A DNA stretch of 64,000 bases from Candidatus Nomurabacteria bacterium. Its GTDB lineage: Bacteria; Patescibacteriota; Minisyncoccia; Phycocordibacterales; UBA918. The DNA lies in assembly GCA_020632095.1 (NCBI GenBank), contig JACKGF010000001.1:802141-866140 (forward strand). Reading direction: 5' to 3'. The notes beneath the pieces are model-generated. The model did not search any database. It was given only the letters and a program-made list of their open reading frames with translations, and was not told the DNA's origin. Below are positions 47,138 through 56,986 of the stretch, one piece after another. Position 1 is the stretch's first letter. The number at the start of each line of letters is the position of its first letter. The position numbers and the translations under genes were made by a program.

Positions 47138-47356
47138 GTGATATGAAAACCAAGTAGAAAAAATTGTGAGGGGACTGAAAGACTATATAAAAGCCCTAGC
47201 TGCCGAAATTGGCTACTTAGGACTTATCGTAGCAAATTAAATTGCTATCTTATTATTCTGTTTTTTGTGATACTTTTTCTATTTCTTACAAGTTTTTGAT
47301 ATAAAACATTTATAACATTACTTCAGAAACAAACTCTGACACTCACTTGCTAGACG

Positions 47357-47722
47357 TTAGCAATCAAAAATAAGTGTCATCACTTCTTCACGGTTGGTAG
47401 CTGTAAATTTATTACCAGGCCAAGAATGAATGCTTTTGCGTTCGAAAACAACATTGGTCGGCTCAACTACTCGTTCGAAGTTGTCAAATTTTAATTCAGG
47501 GTACCACTCCTCCTCATCATATTCACGTTGTACGTATGATAGGAGTTGAGTGAATCTCCACCAAACACCGAGGACACAAATAAACCAAGTTTCTTGTTCC
47601 TCAAAAGAATAGGATAACTCACTACCTCTTTCCGTGTAGAAAAGTACATCGATGTCAATCTCTTCTCCAAGTATTGCTTGTGAATCAACAACATGAATGT
47701 CTATTTCGGTAACATGAGACAT
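47357..47722 (-). CDS. hypothetical protein
   Basis: 121-aa ORF followed by a terminator at about 47829-47875. Confidence 0.4.
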   Translation of the reverse strand: MSHVTEIDIHVVDSQAILGEEIDIDVLFYTERGSELSYSFEEQETWFICVLGVWWRFTQLLSYVQREYDEEEWYPELKFDNFERVVEPTNVVFERKSIHSWPGNKFTATNREEVMTLIFDC

Positions 47723-47893
47723 GAAGAACTCCTTTTCGGTTTTGAGCCCGAGAATTCGGAACTCGTCTTCAATAATAGCATGAAATCATGAAAAGTCAAG
47801 CGTGGAGCGTGGATTTTGGGGTGAGTTTAGTAAAACAGGGTGGGATTTTCTTAAGAAAATCCCACCCTGTTTTTGATCTCGGTTGCTTCGATT

Positions 47894-48502
47894 CTATTTA
47901 TAAATCGCGTCAACAATTCCGTAGGCTTTAGCTTCATCGGCATCCATGAAGAGGTCGCGGTCGACATCTTGCTCAACTTTGGCTAGCTTTTGCCCAGTAG
48001 CCTTGGCGAGCATTTTGTTGAGTCGTTCTCGGGTCTTTATGATGTGCTTAGCGGTGATATCAATATCAGAAGCTTGGCCGTAGGCGCCACCACTGGGTTG
48101 GTGAATCATTACCTCGGCGTTGGGTAGAATAAAACGCTTACCTTTCTCTCCTTGCGATAGAATCAAAGAACCCATTGAAGCAGCCATCCCAACACACACC
48201 GTCGCCACGTGAGGCTTGATGTGGTGCATGGTGTCAATAATCGACAAGCCAGCGGTCACACTACCGCCCGGTGAATTAATGTATAAGAAAATATCCTTCT
48301 TGGGATCGTCAGATTCTAGGAAGAGTAATTGCGCCACAATCAGGTTGGACATATGGTCTTCAATCTGTCCAGTAATAAAAATTATCCGTTCTTTTAACAG
48401 GCGGGAAAAGATATCGAAAGCGCGTTCGCCACCCGCGGTTTTTTCAATCACCATTGGGACTAGGTTAGCACTTGGTAGTTCTGTTTGTTTTTCAGTTTGC
48501 AT
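47894..48502 (-). CDS. clpP: ATP-dependent Clp protease proteolytic subunit
   Basis: [11 protein letters not shown] and MIHQPSGG give the catalytic Ser and His. Confidence 0.9.
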   Translation of the reverse strand: MQTEKQTELPSANLVPMVIEKTAGGERAFDIFSRLLKERIIFITGQIEDHMSNLIVAQLLFLESDDPKKDIFLYINSPGGSVTAGLSIIDTMHHIKPHVATVCVGMAASMGSLILSQGEKGKRFILPNAEVMIHQPSGGAYGQASDIDITAKHIIKTRERLNKMLAKATGQKLAKVEQDVDRDLFMDADEAKAYGIVDAIYK

Positions 48503-48670
48503 AAGTTTTCAAAATTAATGATTCTGCGACAATAAGCTCGGTGCAGACTCTAATCGTACTCAATTATCTCTATAAAAGCAAAATATATAATTCGAGGTAT
48601 TAGAGATTATGTTTTTTTGTCAGGATAAACAAAGTCATCCAACAAGGTCGAATGACTTTGTTGGATGGGG

Positions 48671-49084
48671 CTAAATCTTTAGGTGCATTTTTACCTCTTG
48701 TAGTGCAAGCCGATGAAATCCAAGCTGGATTTGATTCAGCGCATCTTCAATACTATGGAGTTCTACAAAAGGGTGTAGTTTTTTGTCGTCATCAAACATG
48801 CTGAAATTATTGACAAGCCAAATGGTGTACACATCGACAGCTTTCCTCGATGAATAGAGAATGCGGTCTTCGATGAGGAGAAAGCGATAAAGCTTTAATG
48901 TCTGGCCAGTTTCTTTATGCATCATGCGTCGTACAGCTCTCCTTCGGGTTTCTCCAAAACGACATGAGCAGATAGGAAGTCCAAGAAGTACCCTTTTGAG
49001 AGCCTTACCTTCATATCGCCTCAGAGTAACAACTTGATTGTCTGGTGTAAGGGCAACGACAATATTGAAATATCTGCTGGTCAC
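48671..49084 (-). CDS. hypothetical protein (possible degenerate NUDIX fold)
   Basis: GLPICSCRFGETRRRAVRRMMHKETG weakly resembles a NUDIX box. Confidence 0.3.
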   Translation of the reverse strand: MTSRYFNIVVALTPDNQVVTLRRYEGKALKRVLLGLPICSCRFGETRRRAVRRMMHKETGQTLKLYRFLLIEDRILYSSRKAVDVYTIWLVNNFSMFDDDKKLHPFVELHSIEDALNQIQLGFHRLALQEVKMHLKI

Positions 49085-49149
49085 GTGCTTCTCCTCGTTG
49101 ATTGAACTGGTGATAATGTACTTTGGTAGGGGATATTAGTCAAATATTT

Positions 49150-49301
49150 AAAACCGGTGCGAGACATTGTCTCGTACCGGTTTAACAATTCACTCTTTAG
49201 TTTACTTCTACTTCGATTCCAGCATCTTCAGCACTTCTTCATTCAGTAAGACTGATGCGACATACAGGCGGACGCGGTGTTCGTCGGCGTCTTTGAGGTG
49301 T
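49150..49301 (-). pseudogene. diverged duplicate of the tig 3' end plus its terminator (matches 53276..53437 at about 90%)
   Basis: aaaaccggtgcgagacattgtctcgtaccggtttaacaattcactctttagtttacttctacttcg... aligns with the region around the tig stop codon. Confidence 0.6.
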
Positions 49302-49302
49302 G

Positions 49303-50121
49303 TTAGGAGTTATACGTTTTAGCTAGTAGTTCTCGCAATCTAGCGTTCACGTCAAATTTTCTTGAGTTGTCTTTGATGAATTCAAACATCGATTTTATCA
49401 ATTTCTGGATTTCTGAATGGCGGATTTCAATAATGATTTCCTCGTTCATCGCGATTAAATAAACTGAGTTCTTAAACATCCAAATCTGCCCAGCGTGTTG
49501 AAAGTAGTCACCTGCAATTTCATGCGAAATAGCCGACCGACCTTCAAATTCTTCCGCCCACTTTTTACCCAGCAATTCAGTCTGCCTCTCAAACCAGCCA
49601 AAGGGCATAATGGTCTCCACAATAATCGCGTTCTTTTTGATGAATCTATTAATTTCATTCGTTTGCTCGGTACCAAAAACTTTTTCCCAACCAATCACGA
49701 CCACGTCTCCCTGAATCGCCAGTAACCGTTGTTCCTTATGGTCTTTGATGATTCCGTAAAGAAGCTGGCGGATGGCCTCACCACCGCGGTGAATCATAAC
49801 GGTTGAATCAGATAGTCCGTGCACCTCCTCAACTCTTTCATCTATATTGAATAGTTGTTTCTTCGTATTGTATAGATTTTGTTCAATATCTTTTTCCTTA
49901 GCCTGCGACCAATATTTTTTACCATTAACAATATTGGTTTTTACCAACCCTCTTTTGTGCAGCTTAACCAGAATCTCATAAATAGCGGGGCGGGATACTT
50001 TAATAGCCTTGTTAATCAACAGTGGGGTATTGTTTCCAGCCCGCAAAGCATCCAACACCTTAATCTCTTTGGTGGATAATCCCAGTAATTTTATCTGTTC
50101 AGCGTCTAATTTCATACCCAC
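49303..50121 (-). CDS. TrmB-family transcriptional regulator (paralog 3)
   Basis: Its HTH is INKAIKVSRPAIYEILVKLHKRGLV. Its C-terminal domain is closely similar to 39552..40523. Confidence 0.55.
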   Translation of the reverse strand: MGMKLDAEQIKLLGLSTKEIKVLDALRAGNNTPLLINKAIKVSRPAIYEILVKLHKRGLVKTNIVNGKKYWSQAKEKDIEQNLYNTKKQLFNIDERVEEVHGLSDSTVMIHRGGEAIRQLLYGIIKDHKEQRLLAIQGDVVVIGWEKVFGTEQTNEINRFIKKNAIIVETIMPFGWFERQTELLGKKWAEEFEGRSAISHEIAGDYFQHAGQIWMFKNSVYLIAMNEEIIIEIRHSEIQKLIKSMFEFIKDNSRKFDVNARLRELLAKTYNS

Positions 50122-50196
50122 ATAGTACCAATATTTGCATTATTGTAAAGTTTTACCTACATAGTTACAGATAAATCCACGGCTTAAAACATATTT

Positions 50197-51204
50197 TTCC
50201 CCCAGACACCTTTGAAGTAGGACAGCTATAAAGTAAATTAGCTGTCTATGAAAACATACAGACACATACAATTTGAGGAGCGTTTCGTAATTGAAAAGTT
50301 ATTGAACGCAGGGAGTTTGATCAGAGAAATAGCCATCTTCCTCAAACGTAGTCCCAACACCATCAGTCAGGAACTAAAGAAGAATAGGGTTAATGGAGTC
50401 TATGACGCCAAGCAAGCCCAACTAAAAGTGAACCAGCGTCGTTGGCGCGCTAAACGTCAGTGTCTCAAGGTGGCAATGGATAGTTTCCTAGTAAGCTTCG
50501 TAGAAGACAAACTAGAGCAGAAGTGGACCCCTAAACAAATCAGTGGACATCTCAAACGAGAGCTCGGTGTTACCTGTTCCGCCAAAGCTATATACAAGTT
50601 CATAGAAAGTCGTGGTCTGGAATATCGACTATTCTGGCGTTGGAACAAAAAGAAAAGTGGTCCGAAACGGACCACACATAAACCAGCTGATGATGGCCGT
50701 AAATATATAGATATTCGTCCTCTTGGTAGCCATGAGCTAGGTCACTATGAACTAGACTTCATTGTCTCTAAGTACAGTCCATACGTACTTCTAGTGGCTA
50801 CTGACCGTTTAACTAAATACAGCTTGGTACGTCAGTTACCCAATAGAAAACGCCACACAATCAGTGCAGCGTTCTCTAAAATGTTTAGCAATATTATAGT
50901 CAAGAGTATCACCACCGACAACGACATTGCATTCCGTCACTGGACGGAACTAGAACAAATCATACAGGCTCCAATCTATTTCTGCCACCCTTATCATTCT
51001 TGGGAGAAGGGACTGGTAGAGAATACTAATCGTTGGATTAGATGCTTTGTTCCAAAGCGGAGAGACATTGCGTCTGTTACTCAAGAAGAATTGAATGAGA
51101 TTCATACCTTCTTGAATGACCGACCGAAAGAGTGTATTGATTTTAGGATTTCGAGTGAGTATTATTATGAGCAATCTGTCCTACTTGAGGGGTAGCTGGA
51201 GGTT
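50197..51204 (+). mobile_element. IS30-family insertion sequence, copy 1 (about 1.0 kb)
   Basis: It is identical to 60664..61671 apart from 2-3 substitutions. It has imperfect terminal inverted repeats (..aagtaggacag..) and encodes a DDE transposase. Confidence 0.8.
50248..51195 (+). CDS. IS30-family DDE transposase
   Basis: 315 aa with an N-terminal HTH and a C-terminal integrase-core region (HPYHSWEKGLVEN). Confidence 0.85.
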   Translation: MKTYRHIQFEERFVIEKLLNAGSLIREIAIFLKRSPNTISQELKKNRVNGVYDAKQAQLKVNQRRWRAKRQCLKVAMDSFLVSFVEDKLEQKWTPKQISGHLKRELGVTCSAKAIYKFIESRGLEYRLFWRWNKKKSGPKRTTHKPADDGRKYIDIRPLGSHELGHYELDFIVSKYSPYVLLVATDRLTKYSLVRQLPNRKRHTISAAFSKMFSNIIVKSITTDNDIAFRHWTELEQIIQAPIYFCHPYHSWEKGLVENTNRWIRCFVPKRRDIASVTQEELNEIHTFLNDRPKECIDFRISSEYYYEQSVLLEG

Positions 51205-51282
51205 TTTCACACACTGAGCCTAAAACCACAGATAAATTGTACTGTCAACTAATTTTACCCTATACTATTCGCAGTTAGTTCT

Positions 51283-51720
51283 TTGACACGCGGAATAATT
51301 CCGCACCCGCGCCTCGGGGTACTGGGGTTGGAGACAAGCATGAGCAAGTACGAAAATGTCGAAAGCTTCAGCATTGAGGTTGATGGATTTGCGGGAGAGG
51401 TCAAAATGACCTATGTCCCAAACAGAATCGACTCCGACGGCTCCGCCTTCGGGCGCCACCTGAAGAGCTGTGAGGTCAGTCTCACCGACCCGAGCGGTCA
51501 GGTGTGGTGCGCGGAGTTGGGAGCGTCCGGAGGTGGCGGCGGATCCTGGAGCGCGGCGTCAACCGAATTCTTCTGGAAGACGGTTGAGCGAGTTGGTGGC
51601 ACCCTGGTACTGGGCGGAGATGAAGTGACCATCTTCGAGACATATAACGCTCGAAATGCGTTTTCTGGTGGGTGGTCAACCTCCCGCCGTGTAAAACACA
51701 TCGAGGTCGTTTTGGAGTAG
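51283..51720 (+). CDS. hypothetical protein in very high-GC DNA (about 65-70% GC); likely start at about 51340
   Basis: ORF with GC-rich codons and a Gly run (GASGGGGGSW). Confidence 0.3.
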   Translation: MTRGIIPHPRLGVLGLETSMSKYENVESFSIEVDGFAGEVKMTYVPNRIDSDGSAFGRHLKSCEVSLTDPSGQVWCAELGASGGGGGSWSAASTEFFWKTVERVGGTLVLGGDEVTIFETYNARNAFSGGWSTSRRVKHIEVVLE

Positions 51721-51895
51721 TCGGTCGCCGCGCTGAGCCCAGTCTGACAGCGCGCTAAAAATAAATGGGTGCTCGAGAGCGGGCAGATGGAGGGATAACA
51801 GACTAAATCCCCATCAAGAGCTTCTGGTAGATTAGCTTAGACTACCCGTTTGACCTTACGTGAAAGTGTCTTGGCGAGTTGAATGTTCACACCTC

Positions 51896-51944
51896 CTCGC
51901 CATCTTTATCAAGTTCATCAGTTAATGGTGAATTTGTAGAGATG
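51896..51944 (+). repeat. 49-bp direct repeat copy 1
   Basis: ctcgccatctttatcaagttcatcagttaatggtgaatttgtagagatg. It is repeated exactly at 52674..52722. Confidence 0.7.
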
Positions 51945-52472
51945 TTCTTTAAAAAATGACCGTAAGAGCCCAATTCTCAGGATATCTGAGAACCTACATG
52001 ACAGGTCAGGCAAATGTCATAAGGGTCGCAAACGCGATAGGGTCTAACAAGATTGTGTGGGTCTGTCCAAGACCATTACATGCGTAAGGCGCATGTATAT
52101 CTGACAAACCTCAGATTTTTTGAGGCAACAGATGATCTTGAAGGAGCCCCCTTCAGGATGCGTGTCCTGCTAGCGGACACAGGGACTATCGGTGCTTGAA
52201 CAAAACGCCGAGAAGGACACAGAAAAGGAAAGCATATTGTGTCCATGCATAATGGCGAGCAACACACCGCTCGCCATTTTCACCAAGTCCACAACCTATT
52301 TGCAGGTACGGCCGAGCTGAGGATCTCGAAAAACTCCTTGCTGTTCACGAGTGTGTACTCGTGCTGATGAGCTCAAAAGAGCGAAACAGAAAAGTTCTTT
52401 ACAACACCTTGGTGTGTGAAATCTGCCAGTTTACTAAATTGTTGGTAGATTCCACATACCAAGGAGAAACAA

Positions 52473-52646
52473 ATGGAAAAGATGCACATTGAAGTAGCTG
52501 GGGGCACGGTCATTCATTTGCCAGTTGCCGAGCTTCCTGCCGGAGCTCCTAGCGAGGAGTATCTCGCGCGACGGAAAGCAGCCGGGGCTAAGCTCCCGAT
52601 TCTTAATGTTCCATTACCAATTGAGGAGGGTCATGAGGATACATGA
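52473..52646 (+). CDS. small ORF (57 aa) with a strong RBS
   Basis: aaggagaaacaaATG gives MEKMHIEVAGGTVIHLPVAELPAGAPSEEYLARRKAAGAKLPILNVPLPIEEGHEDT. Confidence 0.3.
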   Translation: MEKMHIEVAGGTVIHLPVAELPAGAPSEEYLARRKAAGAKLPILNVPLPIEEGHEDT

Positions 52647-52673
52647 TAAGCAGTTCTGGCGAGCAACACACCG

Positions 52674-52722
52674 CTCGCCATCTTTATCAAGTTCATCAGT
52701 TAATGGTGAATTTGTAGAGATG
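52674..52722 (+). repeat. 49-bp direct repeat copy 2
   Basis: It is preceded by ggcgagcaacacaccgctcgccat. That 24-mer is also present at 52254..52277. Confidence 0.7.
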
Positions 52723-52741
52723 AATCTAAATGAAAGCTATT

Positions 52742-52782
52742 AAAAAACTGGTGTGATTCCGTAGGAATCACACCAGTTTTTT
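52742..52782. terminator. bidirectional terminator
   Basis: aaaaaactggtgtgattccgtaggaatcacaccagtttttt. It is near-identical in design to 56487..56528. Confidence 0.65.
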
Positions 52783-52876
52783 AACGTAATTCTAATGATA
52801 GGGTTTAGTATTAATTGTGCATAATAATGTCAGTGGCAGAGAGGATTTCTATATGATACATTGACGATGGAACGCT

Positions 52877-53257
52877 GTGTTCAGTGATACATCTTACACA
52901 AGACAAGGGGTGAATATGATGAGTAAAAAATTCGAGATCTTTCCGGATGGAACTACACCTACATCTACGATGGGTCCAGAAGAAACACGACGCTTTCTTG
53001 ACAGCTTTGCTGCAGATATGGATGCAGAAAAAGAACGAAAAGAGAGGCTTCGAAGGCCGTTCAAGATTGAAGTAGGTAAGTGCTTGTGTGGGGACCGCAT
53101 CATGTACTCGCGAAGTTTTAAGTGCACTGAAAGATTGTGCATTGGTGGTCCATCTGAGGAAGTTTGGGAATGCTACTGTGTGCATTGTGGACTGAGATAT
53201 CATAGAGACGCCAAGTTGATTGCACCTGTTATCCGGAGTTACTTAGACAGTTTGTGA
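52877..53257 (+). CDS. small Cys-rich protein (zinc-ribbon-like)
   Basis: GKCLCGDRIMYSRSFKCTERLCIGGPSEEVWECYCVHCG. The start is probably at about 52913. Confidence 0.4.
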   Translation: MFSDTSYTRQGVNMMSKKFEIFPDGTTPTSTMGPEETRRFLDSFAADMDAEKERKERLRRPFKIEVGKCLCGDRIMYSRSFKCTERLCIGGPSEEVWECYCVHCGLRYHRDAKLIAPVIRSYLDSL

Positions 53258-53333
53258 CAACGGGAGCAGACATCGAAAACCGGTGCGAGACAATGTCTCG
53301 CACCGGTTTAACAATTCACTCTTTAGTTTACTT

Positions 53334-54467
53334 CTACTTCGCTTCCAACATCTTCAGTACTTCTTCATTTAGTAGGACAGATGCTACATACAGGCGGACG
53401 CGGTGTTCGTCGGCGTCTTTGAAGCGGGTTAGGAGTTCCTTGGTTTGGGCGTCTAGTTGTTCTTTGTTTGGGATCACTTCTTCCTTCTTAGCGATTTCGT
53501 TGAGGATTAGTTGGAGTTTGGCGCGCATTTCGGCGGCTGGCTTCCATTCAGCCGCTAGGTCATCTTTAGTTTTCTTAATGTGGGTCAAATAGTCTTCCAT
53601 CTTCAACTCTGACCGATTGAGGTCTTCTTGCATTTGAGCGAACATTTGGTTGATTTCAGATTCAACTAAAATCTTTGGAAGTTTGATTTCGGTTTTGGCG
53701 ATGATGCCGTCGGTGATGTCAGCTCGATGCTTAGCGGCGTTAGTTTGTTTCTTTTCAATTTCGACGTGTTCTCGAAGTTTAGCTTTGAAATCAGCAACGG
53801 TTTCAAATTGTCCAGGTTGACCAAGCGTCTTCACGTACTCGTCAGTTAGTTCTGGTAGGGGAGCGTCTTTGTCGTCTTCTGCTTTAGCGGCTTCTGATTC
53901 GGGAGTTGGGAGGTCGGTGGCTCCGTCAGCCTCTGGAGCTTTTTGGTTGGCCAGATTTTGCATTCGCTCGTAGGCACGCTTTTGGGTCTGAATCTCCTTT
54001 ATTTTTTCATCCAGTTCAGCCTCGGTTACTTCATCACTTGGACGCTTTTTGTTTACCTCTTTTGCAATCGCTTCGTAGTCGGGCAAAGTAAATTTGGGAA
54101 TGATAGCCACGGTCGCGGTAAAGCCCAGGGGATTTTCGGGAGCAATTTTGGTAACTTCGATTTGGGGTTGTCCGATGGCTTCGATTTTGTGTTCTTCGAT
54201 AATGTGTGGGTAGGCGTGAGCGATAGCTCGTTCAGCCATTTCGGTCATGATAGCCATTTCTCCAATGTGCTTTTCTAACACAGGAGTAGGGATGTGACCT
54301 TTACGAAAACCATCCAAGGTAACGTTTTTGCCTAGAGCTACTACAGCTGCTGTGCGCTCACTTTGTAACTCAGCGTAAGGAAGTTCACCAGAAATCTTAA
54401 CTTGTGAATCTGGTAGTTCCTCAACGGTAAAAGCGGTTTTGTAATCTAAAGAATGTGAATGTGACAT
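53334..54467 (-). CDS. tig: trigger factor (short form without an obvious PPIase domain)
   Basis: It has the ribosome-binding motif LDGFRKGHIPTPVLEKHIG and the N-terminal and C-terminal chaperone arms. It is 377 aa. Confidence 0.75.
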   Translation of the reverse strand: MSHSHSLDYKTAFTVEELPDSQVKISGELPYAELQSERTAAVVALGKNVTLDGFRKGHIPTPVLEKHIGEMAIMTEMAERAIAHAYPHIIEEHKIEAIGQPQIEVTKIAPENPLGFTATVAIIPKFTLPDYEAIAKEVNKKRPSDEVTEAELDEKIKEIQTQKRAYERMQNLANQKAPEADGATDLPTPESEAAKAEDDKDAPLPELTDEYVKTLGQPGQFETVADFKAKLREHVEIEKKQTNAAKHRADITDGIIAKTEIKLPKILVESEINQMFAQMQEDLNRSELKMEDYLTHIKKTKDDLAAEWKPAAEMRAKLQLILNEIAKKEEVIPNKEQLDAQTKELLTRFKDADEHRVRLYVASVLLNEEVLKMLEAK

Positions 54468-54556
54468 AATGCTGGCCAGTGTACGAAACTGAGCGAAAAT
54501 TGCAACTTCGTTGAGTAAATATGTTATAAAAAGTCATTAATTACTAAGTTTGCATT

Positions 54557-55402
54557 ATGTTGGCAGTAAAAAATATTTTGACTGGAGAAGTGGGTGAGAT
54601 TGAGTCGGCCTATGTTGTAGTTGAGAGGAATTTGCCTTTGGTGATTTCTACTCCTCATAGTGGTAGGTGCGTTCTCGAAAAATATGCCGATCACTTTACC
54701 TTTGGAGATGGTTTTAGAGTCGATAATGATATGTATACTGGCGAGCTTTACCCTTTGGAACTTGGTAGTTCAATCTCTGGAAATCTTAGTCAACACCAAG
54801 TTAACATGAATCGTTCTTGGGAGTTGATTGAAGGGCGCGACCCTCTAATGACAATCTCTTTTTTATCTGAAGACGATATTTATACCAAACCATGGAGTGA
54901 TGTTGAGCGGGAGGAGTTGCGTCTGATGCACAAGGCTTACCATAGTGATTTGGCCCGCTTGATGAAACAGATGAAAGAAACATACGGATATGCATTATTG
55001 ATTGATTGTCACTCACTTAATTCCCGAGCGCTTAGTAATACACCAGACGCTGGTAGTATTGATAGAGCCGATTTCGTGATCGGTTCGTTGGATGGAGCTT
55101 CAGCTGATAGTCGGGTGGTAGATGTTTTTCATGAAGCGTTGGAGAAACAGGCGACTCCTCGGGGGCTAAAAGTAGTCAGAAATAATCCATATAAAGGTGG
55201 ATGGATAACAAAAACTTGGGCCCGTCCAGAAGAAGGATTCCATGTTTTGCAATTAGAAATCAAAAAGAAGATGTATATGTATGAGGGGATTGATGATGAT
55301 GGCGAGAAAGCTTTTCAAAAACGTGATAGTTTTGCCGATATACAAAAAGTCCTAGAAAAAGCTTTTAGAGAAACCCGTGATTTTGCGAGTACGATTTTGT
55401 AG
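54557..55402 (+). CDS. N-formylglutamate amidohydrolase-family protein
   Basis: ISTPHSGRCV and the overall size resemble FGase (PF05013). Moderate confidence. Confidence 0.5.
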   Translation: MLAVKNILTGEVGEIESAYVVVERNLPLVISTPHSGRCVLEKYADHFTFGDGFRVDNDMYTGELYPLELGSSISGNLSQHQVNMNRSWELIEGRDPLMTISFLSEDDIYTKPWSDVEREELRLMHKAYHSDLARLMKQMKETYGYALLIDCHSLNSRALSNTPDAGSIDRADFVIGSLDGASADSRVVDVFHEALEKQATPRGLKVVRNNPYKGGWITKTWARPEEGFHVLQLEIKKKMYMYEGIDDDGEKAFQKRDSFADIQKVLEKAFRETRDFASTIL

Positions 55403-55546
55403 GGAAGGATGACAAATGTTTAAATAGGCAACTAAGTGTTGCGAAGGGCATTAAAACATCACCATGAGCAATTGACAATGTCTGTTTCTTATGATATCAT
55501 CTAAAATGAGCTGTACTTCGTAACATAAACATTTGAAGGAGCTATC

Positions 55547-56407
55547 ATGACTCTTACTGAACTGCTGCGAATCGGCGACAAAGTCGTTTTCAAGGTTAGT
55601 CCCGACAATCGTCAGTGGGCTGATACCTACAGTAACGTACCTGATGGTACGGTGGGTGTAGTCTGCGGGTTTTACGACGCTGTGATGTACGAAAGCCGGG
55701 TGCAAGTCTTGGCGAATGAGCCTGGTGTTTATCACCGTAAGGGTGCGGTGTCGGTCTGGTTGGCAGATGGACGCATTGTTCCCGGTGGCTACAGTGTTGA
55801 AATGGTAGATAAGGAGGAAGAAAAACGCCGCGATGCACTTTATCGTGATGAGCGCGGCATCTTCTGTAGAAATAAGGACCAGGTTCGTCTCGGCGACTTG
55901 CCCCCTACAACTTTTTGGGAGGGAGACAAGGTTCGTGTTCGCTTTCCTAGCGAGGCTGAAGTACAAGAGATGACGATTCAGGGTATTGACTATCATCAAA
56001 TGCACGAAAAGCGTTGTGATGGTTCGCCTTACCCTTTCTACAGAGTCGGTTTCCAAGACGGACGTTCGATCGCCGCTGAGGAATCTTGGATTGAGCTCAT
56101 CGAAAGAGGTAATGTTTGGAAGTACTACCACCAAGAACCTCTCGCATTCGATAGCCTCAAAGACGAATCTGTCTTTTTCACGATGATTGGTCGCACGGAG
56201 GAAGTGCGTAATCCCGAAACTGACAATTATCGTTGGACCTTGGACCAGGCGCTTAAAGCCATCAAGGAAGGCCTCGGCCACGGTTTCACCAATTGGATGA
56301 TTCCGTTTTCTAACAATCAAAGAATTTCAGTAATCAAATTTCTCGATGAAGACCTCGGAAGTCGCGTGGCTGCCGAAACCCTCAAAGGGTTTGAAGTCAC
56401 CGCTTGA
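55547..56407 (+). CDS. hypothetical protein (about 48% GC)
   Basis: 286-aa ORF. No family recognised. Confidence 0.45.
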   Translation: MTLTELLRIGDKVVFKVSPDNRQWADTYSNVPDGTVGVVCGFYDAVMYESRVQVLANEPGVYHRKGAVSVWLADGRIVPGGYSVEMVDKEEEKRRDALYRDERGIFCRNKDQVRLGDLPPTTFWEGDKVRVRFPSEAEVQEMTIQGIDYHQMHEKRCDGSPYPFYRVGFQDGRSIAAEESWIELIERGNVWKYYHQEPLAFDSLKDESVFFTMIGRTEEVRNPETDNYRWTLDQALKAIKEGLGHGFTNWMIPFSNNQRISVIKFLDEDLGSRVAAETLKGFEVTA

Positions 56408-56486
56408 TTCACTCGCCGTCCAACCAGGAGGCTGTCTGGCTCTCGGGTTGGGCGGTTTCTTTTTTTTAGTTTTGGTTGATAAATAA

Positions 56487-56528
56487 TAAAACTGGTGGGA
56501 TTCACGGAGTGAATCCCACCAGTTTTTT
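56487..56528. terminator. bidirectional terminator
   Basis: aaaactggtgggattcacggagtgaatcccaccagtttttt. Confidence 0.65.
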
Positions 56529-56545
56529 GTTTTGAAGATTTAGTT

Positions 56546-56968
56546 CTATGGTGCTTCTTGTGCCGCTGCTTCTAATTCTGCGTCTATGGCGTTTAGTTCA
56601 GCGTCTAGGGAATCTAGATTGGTAGCTTCTAAGTCTGACTCAATAGCACTGATTTCGTCTGAGGTACTGACCGCTTGCATAGTTTCTACTTGAGCTTCGG
56701 CTGTAGTGCTCTCCGGCTCGTTATTCATTTCTGGAGTTGGACGTTCGATAGTAGGCATTACGTTCGGAGTATTGTTCATCTTGGCAAACCAATAATACAT
56801 TCCACCAAGAATTGCGATTAGAAGGATTGTTAGGATGAGTAAAACTGGACCGCCAACCACACTGCTTGGTTTTTCGGCTACATCTGGTTGGATGTCTGTA
56901 TTTTCTGGCATCTTCATTTCCTCGCCGGAAAAGTCTGGTGCTTGAATATCTTTGTTTTCTTCGTTCAT
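56546..56968 (-). CDS. hypothetical single-pass membrane protein with an acidic N- and C-terminus
   Basis: It has a TM helix (LLILTILLIAILGGMYYWFA). Confidence 0.4.
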   Translation of the reverse strand: MNEENKDIQAPDFSGEEMKMPENTDIQPDVAEKPSSVVGGPVLLILTILLIAILGGMYYWFAKMNNTPNVMPTIERPTPEMNNEPESTTAEAQVETMQAVSTSDEISAIESDLEATNLDSLDAELNAIDAELEAAAQEAP

Positions 56969-56986
56969 ATAATAGTAGTTAGGTTA

